Assembly (NCBI GenBank): GCA_963820525.1
Contig: CAWGAA010000001.1
Location: 3,104,001 to 3,168,000 of the forward strand
Source: an uncultured Spirochaetota bacterium
GTDB lineage: Bacteria > Spirochaetota > Spirochaetia > SZUA-6 > Fen-1364
Direction: 5' to 3'
Length of the DNA stretch: 64,000 bases
The notes beneath the pieces are model-generated. The model was given only the letters and a program-made list of their open reading frames with translations, was not told the origin of the DNA and did no database searches. Position 1 is the first letter of the stretch. Each line of letters begins with the position of its first letter. Position numbers and translations under genes: made by a program. Positions 50,439-58,843 of this stretch are shown here, piece after piece.

Positions 50439-50465
50439 GGAATCCGCCTCCTCTCCTGGTCCTGT

Positions 50466-51104
50466 TCACGATTCATCCTTTTCGCGCACGATGATCCTCG
50501 GGTCGGAGAGCATCTTTCCGGCGTCAAGGACTATGAGGGCCTCTTTCGTCACTCCCCGGAGATACTCCGCCCGGATACCGGCAAGGGTGGGAAGGGGAGG
50601 CCCGATCTCATCCTGGAAAATCGAGCGCATGCCCGTCACTTCATCCGCGAGTATCCCGAGCTCCATGTCCCCCCCGCGGACGATGATGACCTGGTGGAGA
50701 TCGGTGAGCCCTTTTTCCGGAAGATCGAAGAGCCTCCTGATGTCCACCACCGAAAGGATCCGCCCGCGCACGGTGACGATACCGGAAACGAACGGAGGTG
50801 TGCCCGGCAGCGGGGTGAGGTCCACCAGGGGGAAGACCTCGACGACGAAAGCGGCTTCTATGGCATAGGTTTCGTCCGCGAGCCTGAACTCCACGACGTC
50901 GATCCGCTGCCGAGCCATATCCTGCCGCTCCGGAACCCGCGCCAGGGCCTTTGCCCGCTCCCTCAAGATGATCCTTTTCTCCTCGGGGGACGCGCTCGAT
51001 CCCCGATCGATGGTCTGCCGCGCGGAGTCGAGCCGCCCATGGATCCGGCTCCAATCGATCGAAGCCGATTTTGACTTATCGGACCTCCCCCCGGGCTCTT
51101 TCAT
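50466..51104 (-). CDS. cheW: CheW-like coupling protein (WspD-like)
   Basis: ILRERAKALA, TPLPGTPPFVSGIVTVRGRIL. Confidence 0.9.
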   Translation of the reverse strand: MKEPGGRSDKSKSASIDWSRIHGRLDSARQTIDRGSSASPEEKRIILRERAKALARVPERQDMARQRIDVVEFRLADETYAIEAAFVVEVFPLVDLTPLPGTPPFVSGIVTVRGRILSVVDIRRLFDLPEKGLTDLHQVIIVRGGDMELGILADEVTGMRSIFQDEIGPPLPTLAGIRAEYLRGVTKEALIVLDAGKMLSDPRIIVREKDES

Positions 51105-52528
51105 GCCTCTCCCTTGCATTCCAGCGTCGATTCCACGATCTCCTTGAGCCTCGCGGCGGACATTCCTCCCGACATCGGCACGACTTCGTCCCGTGTGTAT
51201 GCCCCCAGGATAGATAGGGCGATCTTGAAATGCTTGACCGCTTCCTTCTGCTTTCCTATTTGCTTTTCGAGGCTTCCGAGGCTGAAGTGTGCCGGCGCGA
51301 AATTTTGGTCGAGATAAAGCGCCCGTTTCAGAGAGACGATCGCCTCATCCACCTTCCCCTGTTCCTGGAGGATCATCGCGCGAAGGTAATGCAGTCCCGG
51401 GTCGAGTCTGTCCACCGCCACGGCTTTCTCGCACCACTCCTGCGCTTCCGCGAGCATCCCCTGATTCGCACATGCCCGCGCCAAGAGGGCCATTGACTCT
51501 ACCGGTTTTTTGCCGCCGGCCCCATCTCCTTCCCCGGGTTGTGGCGCCGGCGGGAGGGGATTCTCTCGCGTCGATTCCGGCACGGCTTCCCGTGACAGCT
51601 CTTCTGCACACTCCGGCGTCTCTCCTTCAAGCGAATCCACGGAAAGCACATGTTGGATCGGCACTTCGACTGGTCTCGACCCGTCCTCTCTCCTGTAGAG
51701 GATTGTTCCATTTTCAGTCTTCATTATGAACTTCCGAAAAAAAACCTGAGAGGCCTCACCTGGACTTACGAAGAGCCATCCCCCATCTATAAGGGCCTGG
51801 TGGAAGTTTTTCACGACCTTCCTCATGCGGTCCGGGACAAAGTACATCAATACGTTACGGCAGAAGATGAGATCCATGGCGTTTGTGCCGTTGACAAGAG
51901 AGGGGTATATATCTTCGGCCAGGTTCATATAGGCAAAGCGCACCATCTCCATGATCTTGGGGCTCAGTTGGAAGAGACCGCCCTCTGTTTTCGAGAAATA
52001 CTCCTCACGGATCCATGCCGGGCAGCCCCGGAAAGACCATTCACCGTATCGGCCTTTCGATGCTTTCTTGAGAAACCGGGGATTAACGTCCGTCGCCAGT
52101 ATCGAGAGGTTCCAATTCTTCTGATCGCGAATGACGCGGCTGACCGCGATGGCGATGGAATACGCTTCCTCCCCGGTACAGCATCCCGCGCTCCAGATCC
52201 TGAGGCGTTTTTCTGATTTTTCCTTCCTGCGGATCAACTCCGGAAGGACCCGTTCTTCAAGAACCTTAAAAACCCTGCTATCCCTGTAGAAATAGGTTTC
52301 CCCGACGGTGAGGTGGCTTGCCAGAATCTCAATCTCGTTCCGAGACAGCGACGAGGAAAGGAGCCGTTGGATGAAAAGCCCACACTGCGGGAAATCCAGA
52401 TCGGGAGAGGCGGAAAGGATTCCACGTTCGAGATCGGCCCATCGCTCTCGCGGAAAGCTCAAACCCAATCGATCGGCCACGAGCCGACTGAGCTGCACGA
52501 GCTGCGGCTCTGAAATGGTCCACGTCAT
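51101..52528 (-). CDS. cheR: CheR methyltransferase with C-terminal TPR (WspC-like)
   Basis: LTVGETYFYR, RIWSAGCCTGEEAYS, DLIFCRNVLMYF; TPRs (RALYLD..FAPAHF). Confidence 0.93.
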   Translation of the reverse strand: MTWTISEPQLVQLSRLVADRLGLSFPRERWADLERGILSASPDLDFPQCGLFIQRLLSSSLSRNEIEILASHLTVGETYFYRDSRVFKVLEERVLPELIRRKEKSEKRLRIWSAGCCTGEEAYSIAIAVSRVIRDQKNWNLSILATDVNPRFLKKASKGRYGEWSFRGCPAWIREEYFSKTEGGLFQLSPKIMEMVRFAYMNLAEDIYPSLVNGTNAMDLIFCRNVLMYFVPDRMRKVVKNFHQALIDGGWLFVSPGEASQVFFRKFIMKTENGTILYRREDGSRPVEVPIQHVLSVDSLEGETPECAEELSREAVPESTRENPLPPAPQPGEGDGAGGKKPVESMALLARACANQGMLAEAQEWCEKAVAVDRLDPGLHYLRAMILQEQGKVDEAIVSLKRALYLDQNFAPAHFSLGSLEKQIGKQKEAVKHFKIALSILGAYTRDEVVPMSGGMSAARLKEIVESTLECKGEA

Positions 52529-53007
52529 GGCTCGACCACCAGGGGCTTTTCCATCGCAACATCCAAAGCATTTTCTTCGTCGATTGAGAGAAACAGGTCC
52601 AGATCGTGGATGAGGATCATGCCGTCTTCCCGCTTGACCACCCCCTCGATGTACTTGATCCCGGGGAGGATCCCCTCCGGGTTGACGACTTCTCCAGCCG
52701 TTTGCTCCACAATGCCGGAAGCTTCATCGACGATAAGCCCGACCGTCCTCCGTGAGGTGTTCGCGATGACCAGATGATCGTTCGGGTCAGGATCGCGCTC
52801 TTCGAGGCCGAAGCGCTTTCGGATGTTGAAGACGGGGATGATCCGCCCCTGAAGGTTCACGATTCCCATGACGATGGGTGGAGCCTTCGGCAGGGGCGTG
52901 ATCTCCACCATCTGTACGACTCTTTCGACAACGGAAAGGCGCAGGCCGTAACGGCGATCGCCCAGAAGGAACACGACAACCTGGCCCGCTACGAAGCCTG
53001 TTTTCAC
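52525..53007 (-). CDS. cheW: CheW coupling protein (WspB-like)
   Basis: ITPLPKAPPIVMGIVNLQGRIIPV, GLIVD; GTGA overlap with the upstream gene. Confidence 0.9.
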   Translation of the reverse strand: MKTGFVAGQVVVFLLGDRRYGLRLSVVERVVQMVEITPLPKAPPIVMGIVNLQGRIIPVFNIRKRFGLEERDPDPNDHLVIANTSRRTVGLIVDEASGIVEQTAGEVVNPEGILPGIKYIEGVVKREDGMILIHDLDLFLSIDEENALDVAMEKPLVVEP

Positions 53008-53363
53008 GGACCCATCCCTGCAAGCGCCGCGATGAGGGCGTCCTGATCCCGCGCTTTGTCGAAAAAGTACATGGCTCCCGCGGCCATGCATTTCTGCCGG
53101 TACAGTGGGGAAGCGGCGCTGGCGAGCGCGATGATAATCGGCGCCGGCGTATAGGCCGACAGCCGGTGAATGAGATTCAGCCCTCCTCCATGCCGCAATT
53201 GCACATCCACGATGACGACGTCCGGCTTGTTCAGAAGTATGTTCTCAAAAGCTTCCCCGCCTTCGTTGCCCCCCATAGCCACCTCGAAGCCGGGAAGCTC
53301 CGAGATGATTCCGGTGAGCCGATCGCGCACGGCGTTCGGGTCGTGAACGAGGAAAACCTTCAT
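53004..53363 (-). CDS. Single-domain response regulator
   Basis: REC: KPDVVIVD, GGGL, AGAMYFFDK. Confidence 0.8.
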   Translation of the reverse strand: MKVFLVHDPNAVRDRLTGIISELPGFEVAMGGNEGGEAFENILLNKPDVVIVDVQLRHGGGLNLIHRLSAYTPAPIIIALASAASPLYRQKCMAAGAMYFFDKARDQDALIAALAGMGP

Positions 53364-53484
53364 GAAATATCCCCCGCCCGCACTTCTTAATAGCGGCGTA
53401 AAACCGGTTTCACGTTACTCGGGGGAACGGAGGAAAGATATCGGATCAGTGCTGAACGACGTGTAGTAGGATCGGACGCAGTGG

Positions 53485-53503
53485 TGTCGGAGGGAGTCCT
53501 ACA
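53485..53503. promoter_or_regulatory. Imperfect palindrome, candidate NarL/UvrY-family site
   Basis: TGTCGGA-gggag-TCCTACA, 6 of 7 arm positions match. Confidence 0.35.
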
Positions 53504-54136
53504 TCATTCGACGAGCTTGTGCTGGATCGCGTATCGTATGAGAAGGGCATTGGAGTTCATACGCATTTTTTCCAGTATCCGTGTCCGGTAGGTGCTGACT
53601 GTCTTGACGCTCAAGGACAGCTCGCGCGCAATGTCGGTCACGGTCTTCCCGGAGCCGAGGAGAAGAAAGACCTGGAGCTCGCGATCGGAAAGGCTCTCGT
53701 GGGGAAGACGATCCGTGTCCTGTTCGACGTAGCTCGCGAGCCTCTCCGCGACCGATGGCGTGATATAGCGCCTGCCCGCGGCCACCGCCTGGATGGCATG
53801 CACAAGCTCTTCCGTTGCATTCGCCTTGGTGAGGTAGGCGGAGGCGCCGTCTCGCAGGCTGCGGATGGCATATTGCTCCTCCGGGTACATGCTGAGGATG
53901 ATGATCTTCGCGGAAGGCCGTGCCGACTTGAGGTCCTTCAGGATATCCAGCCCTCCCCTGCCGGGCATGGCGATGTCGACGATCGCGATGTCGTAGCTGA
54001 GCTTTCGTGCAAGCGCGACGGCTTCCTCTCCATTTGCGGCCTCTCCCGCCACGACCATTCCCGGGCTCTCCGAGACGATCTGCTTCAAGCCCCGGCGCAC
54101 GATCGCATGGTCGTCCGCGATGAGGATCCGTATCAT
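53504..54136 (-). CDS. NarL/UvrY-family response regulator
   Basis: ADDHAIVRRGL, LSDRE, LSVKTVSTYR LuxR HTH. Confidence 0.95.
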   Translation of the reverse strand: MIRILIADDHAIVRRGLKQIVSESPGMVVAGEAANGEEAVALARKLSYDIAIVDIAMPGRGGLDILKDLKSARPSAKIIILSMYPEEQYAIRSLRDGASAYLTKANATEELVHAIQAVAAGRRYITPSVAERLASYVEQDTDRLPHESLSDRELQVFLLLGSGKTVTDIARELSLSVKTVSTYRTRILEKMRMNSNALLIRYAIQHKLVE

Positions 54137-56802
54137 GCCAGCCCGCCTTCAGCGGGGAGGGGGATGGTCGCGTGAACGGTCGTTCCCTTTCCCTCCTGCC
54201 CCCGGACCGTCAGCTGCCCGCGCAGGCCTTCGACGCGCTCGCGCATTCCTATCAAGCCGAAGGAGGTCGAGGCCGCGGCCTGCTCCATGGTGATCCCGAT
54301 GCCGTCGTCTTCTATGGTGACTTCAAGGCGCCCGCCGGATTCCCGTATAAGAATCGATGCGTGGGAGGCGCCTGAATGCTGGCCGATGTTGCTCAAGGCT
54401 TCCTGTACGATACGGAACAAAGTGGTGGTACTGTTCCCCCCTATTCGGAACTCGGGTATGGTGACCGTCGCATCGCAGGAGATGCCGGTGCGCTGGGAGA
54501 ACTCGGCTCCCAGCCACTCGATTGCCGTGGCGAGCCCCAGATCGTCCAGCATCCCCGGGCGAAGATTCGAGGAGATGCGATGGACGATGTCGATCGCTTG
54601 ATCGACGAGCCCCAGGGTCCCCTCGATCTTTTCGAGCACGTTATGGCCGGAGGATCCGAGCTGCTTCTCGATCCAGCGCAGGTCCATCTTGAGCGCGGTG
54701 AGCAGCTGCCCCAGCTCGTCATGGATTTCCCTCGCCACGCTCTTGCGCTCCGCTTCCCTGACGGAAAGCAGGTGCGTGGCGAGGTTGCGGAGCCTGGCAT
54801 GGGAATCGCCGAGCTTCTGCTCGAATTCCTTCTGGGCGCTGATGTCGGCGATAAAGCCGACAGAGGCCGGACCATCCGCGAGATCCAATACCGTGACCGC
54901 GGCCCTGATCGGAAACTCGGTGCCGTCCTTACGCAGTCCCACGCTCTCGTACTCCGTTTCCGCCGGAAGTCCACGGCTGCGTCGAAGCGCGCGCTCCATC
55001 GCTTCCTCGCGGAGACGCGGAGCGATTTGATCGGCAATCGGTCGGCCGATGAGCTCTCCGGCATCCTCGAACCCGAACATCCGTTGAAAAGCGCAGTTGG
55101 CATAGACAATACTGCCTTGCCGTGAGATGCCTATGGCGACGGGTGCTTTTTCAATGAGCGTGCGAAACCGGGCTTCGCTTTCGTGGAGGGCTGCCTCGGC
55201 TTCCCGACGCTCGGTGACGTCCATGTATGAAACCTGAAGGGCGGGTTTGGAATTGAACGTCGTAAGCGATGCCAGGACTTCCACCCAGTGCGCCTCCCCC
55301 TTTTTATTCAGTATCCGGATCTGCTGGCCGGGCAGCGGGCCTCTCCCCCCAAGGATCTCTCTCATGCCGGTCATTACCCGGTCGCGATCCTCAGGATGCA
55401 CCGTGGCGGCGACCTCTTCCGCAGACATGCGATAGCTCTCTTCCCTCGTGTATCCGCTCATCCGGGCGAGCGCCTCGTTGCAGAAAACGATCCGGCCTTC
55501 CTGCATGATCGCGAAACCTTGAATCGAGTTCTCCACGAGGGAACGGTATGCCTCCTCGATCGTTCGCTGCTCGGTGACGTCCACGACGGTCGCAAGCGCG
55601 CCGGTGATGCTTCCTTCCGCATCCCGCAAAGGACTGGCCGACAACTCGGTGTAGACACACGTGCCATCCCCGCGCCGAAATGTGAACTCGTGGTGCTCGC
55701 TTATTCCTTTCAGTCGAAGTTCCAAATACATCCGCGCCCGCGGCTTATTCTCTTCGCTCATGAAATCGAAGAACGGCTTCCCGATCATCTCTTCCACGGG
55801 ATACTTCAGCATCCGGGCGAGAGAGGGATTGACGAAGGTCGTGACGCCCCGCGCGTCGATTGCCCAGATCCCTTCCTGGATGGATTCCAGAAGCGTCTGG
55901 TATCTCCTTTGGCTTTCGCGCAGCGCCTCCCAGGCCCGCTTCTCCTCCGTGATGTCCCTCACCGTTCCCACGATCTCCAAGAGACGGCCCTTCGCGGAAA
56001 CCCTTACCGCCGTGATCAAATGGAAGACACGAGAGCTCCCATCGGGCCGGGTAATCGTCGCGAGGGTATCCATGTTTTCGCGCACTTTTGCCGCGGCAAA
56101 AGCGGCCGCGCACAGCCGCTCCCATTCGCCGTGAGGGATGAGAGAGCGGATTTGCGGCAATGAGATCACACCGGTTGGGCGATCGATCTCGAGCAGGCGG
56201 CAGGCTTCCTCCGAAAGCGTGACGGCCTCCGTTTCGAAATCGAACCGAAAGCTTTCCGTGTGCCCCAACGACTGGGCTTCTTTGAGATATACTTCGCTGG
56301 AGCGCAGGCGCTCCTCCATCCGCCTGCTTTCCGTCACATCCGTCGCAAAAACTCTACAGCATCCTTTCGCGGCGGGACTGAGAACGACATGGACCCATCG
56401 AGTTATTCCGGCGGATATGAGGATGGGAAGATCGCCGATTCCATTTCCCGACCCGGCGAACGAGCTGTCCAGGAGCTCTCTGAACTCCGGTATCCCCCCC
56501 GGAGCCAGGAACGCCTGGAACCGGCCGCCGACGAGCGTCGCGCGAGGGATGTCCAACAGGGAAGCCGCGGCGAAGTTCGCCTGGAGGACCTTTCCTTTCA
56601 CGTCGAGCGTGAGGTACCCTACAGGAGCGGAGTCATACATCTCCGAGTACAGATCGCGCGCCTCTTTGGCCTCCGCGACCGCCCGCCGCAACTCATCCTT
56701 CTGCATCTTCAGCTTGACCTTGGCTGCCTCGAGCTCGTGCGCAGGCTTTCCCGCGTCTAGGTCGCCTGGCTTCCTGTCAGGTCTGGACTTTTTCCTTTTC
56801 AT
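54133..56802 (-). CDS. Cytoplasmic multi-PAS sensor kinase (HisKA_3)
   Basis: About five PAS/PAC units, AREIHDELGQ, FRIVQEALSN, DDGIG, FGLIGMRER. Confidence 0.92.
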   Translation of the reverse strand: MKRKKSRPDRKPGDLDAGKPAHELEAAKVKLKMQKDELRRAVAEAKEARDLYSEMYDSAPVGYLTLDVKGKVLQANFAAASLLDIPRATLVGGRFQAFLAPGGIPEFRELLDSSFAGSGNGIGDLPILISAGITRWVHVVLSPAAKGCCRVFATDVTESRRMEERLRSSEVYLKEAQSLGHTESFRFDFETEAVTLSEEACRLLEIDRPTGVISLPQIRSLIPHGEWERLCAAAFAAAKVRENMDTLATITRPDGSSRVFHLITAVRVSAKGRLLEIVGTVRDITEEKRAWEALRESQRRYQTLLESIQEGIWAIDARGVTTFVNPSLARMLKYPVEEMIGKPFFDFMSEENKPRARMYLELRLKGISEHHEFTFRRGDGTCVYTELSASPLRDAEGSITGALATVVDVTEQRTIEEAYRSLVENSIQGFAIMQEGRIVFCNEALARMSGYTREESYRMSAEEVAATVHPEDRDRVMTGMREILGGRGPLPGQQIRILNKKGEAHWVEVLASLTTFNSKPALQVSYMDVTERREAEAALHESEARFRTLIEKAPVAIGISRQGSIVYANCAFQRMFGFEDAGELIGRPIADQIAPRLREEAMERALRRSRGLPAETEYESVGLRKDGTEFPIRAAVTVLDLADGPASVGFIADISAQKEFEQKLGDSHARLRNLATHLLSVREAERKSVAREIHDELGQLLTALKMDLRWIEKQLGSSGHNVLEKIEGTLGLVDQAIDIVHRISSNLRPGMLDDLGLATAIEWLGAEFSQRTGISCDATVTIPEFRIGGNSTTTLFRIVQEALSNIGQHSGASHASILIRESGGRLEVTIEDDGIGITMEQAAASTSFGLIGMRERVEGLRGQLTVRGQEGKGTTVHATIPLPAEGGLA

Positions 56803-56911
56803 TCTCCGCCTCCATCTCCACCCTCTGTACGACTTTTTCGACAGCGGAAAGGCGCAGGACATAGCATCGATCGTCGAGAAGGAAAACGAAAAGCGTGTCG
56901 AACTTTCTCAT
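56777..56911 (-). pseudogene. Truncated cheW paralogue (44-aa ORF)
   Basis: TAAGGAGGT RBS; MRKFDTLFVFLLDDRCYVLRLSAVEKVVQRVEM aligns with VVVFLLGDRRYGLRLSVVERVVQMVEI of the cheW at 52525-53007. Confidence 0.75.
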
Positions 56912-57052
56912 CACAACACCTACCTCCTTATGGATGTATGTGTTGGAATTTTATTTTTATATCACAGAGATATAATTAAGAATAAGTACCTTGCCTCCTT
57001 CTTAAAGTATATCAAAATCCATCAGGTTATCAAGAGATTAACCGGAGATCGA

Positions 57053-58210
57053 TCACTTGATCTCCGCGGAAACCACGGTCACGTCGTCCTTGAACGCCAC
57101 GCCGCCCCTTTTGGCCCTCACGGCTTCGATAAGGCGTGAGCTGAAGTCGGGGCCGCCGGCGCACCTGCACAGTATACCCTTCAGATCGTCCATTCCAAGA
57201 GGCGCCTCACCGGCGCCGGATTCGATGAGCCCGTCGGTAATGAATACGATCCTGTCCCCGGCCCGTACGGGCATTTCCATTATTCGGTACTCCACTGCGG
57301 GGGCGAATCCCAACCCCATGCCCTCGGAGTGGAGCGTGACGGCCTCCCTGCCGCGAATGAGGAAAGCGGGAAGGTGGCCTGCATTCGCGAAAGAGAAGGT
57401 TCCGCCACCAATATCGATGAGACCCGCCGAGAACGTGATGAGGATATCGGGGGTTCTGCGAAGATCGTGGCCCACGCGGCCGTTGAGCCATTGGAGAAGG
57501 CCCTCCGGCGTGATCGAGGCGGGGTCGGTACGTGAGAGAAAGCCCCCGGAGATGGCGGACTTGAGCATGGCAGTGACGAAAGCGGCTTTTATCCCGTGAC
57601 CCGAAACGTCTCCGATCAGGCAGAGGTAGCGGCCCTCGGAAAGCCGCGCGATGTCGTAATAGTCGCCCCCGCATCCGATCTCCTCCAGGGGAAGGTAGGT
57701 GACGGAGAACGAGATCCGATCTGTCTTGGGGATGTCGACGGAGAGGAGGGTGCGTTGGAGCTCGCCCGCCCACCTCAGCTCCTCGTGCAGCCGCGCGAGG
57801 TGGGCGCGGTTCTCTTCGCGAAGATCGTGGAGGGCGAGGGCCTTCTCCATTTCGCCTTTGAGGTGCTCGGGCTCGCACGGCTTCAGGATGTAGGAGAAGA
57901 TGCCCGCGCGAATGGCTTTGCGGATTTCCTCGATGTCGCCGTACCCGCTCAGGAGGATCGTGACGATTCCGGGATAGAGATCCCTGACCCGAAGGAGGAA
58001 ATCGCTTCCCATCATCCCCGGCATCCGCATGTCGGAGACGACGAGATCCACGGAAGCGTGGTCCGTCTCGAGGAGCTTCAGCGCGTCGAGGGCCGACCGC
58101 GCCGTGAGGATCGACGTGCCACGGCTCTCCGCCCAGGGCTCGAGGCCCATGGAGAAGCTGTCGAGCACCATAGAATCGTCGTCCACGAGAAGGATTTTTC
58201 GCCGTTCCAT
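57053..58210 (-). CDS. REC-PP2C (SpoIIE/RsbU-like) phosphatase
   Basis: REC plus AGELQ, GGDYYD, IGDVSGHG, NAGH, TDG, DDVT. Confidence 0.92.
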   Translation of the reverse strand: MERRKILLVDDDSMVLDSFSMGLEPWAESRGTSILTARSALDALKLLETDHASVDLVVSDMRMPGMMGSDFLLRVRDLYPGIVTILLSGYGDIEEIRKAIRAGIFSYILKPCEPEHLKGEMEKALALHDLREENRAHLARLHEELRWAGELQRTLLSVDIPKTDRISFSVTYLPLEEIGCGGDYYDIARLSEGRYLCLIGDVSGHGIKAAFVTAMLKSAISGGFLSRTDPASITPEGLLQWLNGRVGHDLRRTPDILITFSAGLIDIGGGTFSFANAGHLPAFLIRGREAVTLHSEGMGLGFAPAVEYRIMEMPVRAGDRIVFITDGLIESGAGEAPLGMDDLKGILCRCAGGPDFSSRLIEAVRAKRGGVAFKDDVTVVSAEIK

Positions 58211-58287
58211 GCGTGATCGATCCGCCTTACAGACGCCATTGTACACCACCCTTGTTGCGGGGTACAGAAGGATGTATGATGCGCTCC

Positions 58288-58794
58288 ATGCAAGATGTCG
58301 AATCGTATTTTACAAAGATCAACGATCCAGGCAAGGGTCTCACCGTCTCCGGCGGCGCGCGCGAAGGGGATGAACACACGCTTATCCTCGCGCTTATCGG
58401 GTACATCGAGACCCAGAGCGCGCCCCTGTTTCAGGACGGGATGCTCGCGCTGATGGAGAAATGCCCCGACATAACGGCCATAGTGGTCGATATGACCGGC
58501 CTTACCTATCTTTCTTCGATGGGAATCGGCGCGCTTCTCACCGTGCAGAACAAAGCCACGGAGAGCGGACGCCGCCTCCTTCTCCATGGGGCATCCGAGA
58601 AGGTATGGAGCGTTATCTCCCAGCTCGGTTTCGGGGACACTTTCGAGCGCATAGGGAATCTGGATGAGCTTTCAGACGGCTTTCCCATGAACGTTTCCTG
58701 CCCTCAATGCGGGAAAAAGCTTCGCGCATCCAAGCCGGGAACCTACAGGTGCCCGGCTTGCAAGGCTCAATTAAGCGTGGAGGCGCGCCGCTGA
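58288..58794 (+). CDS. STAS anti-sigma-factor antagonist with C-terminal Zn-ribbon
   Basis: GYIETQSA, LTYLSSMGIG phospho-Ser motif, CPQC...CPAC; TTGTTG-17-TATGAT-7-ATG suggests start 58288. Confidence 0.88.
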   Translation: MQDVESYFTKINDPGKGLTVSGGAREGDEHTLILALIGYIETQSAPLFQDGMLALMEKCPDITAIVVDMTGLTYLSSMGIGALLTVQNKATESGRRLLLHGASEKVWSVISQLGFGDTFERIGNLDELSDGFPMNVSCPQCGKKLRASKPGTYRCPACKAQLSVEARR

Positions 58795-58843
58795 AGGGCG
58801 TCGGGCCCGTTCGCCATATTCCGCGGCAGAGCCGATGCGCCTC

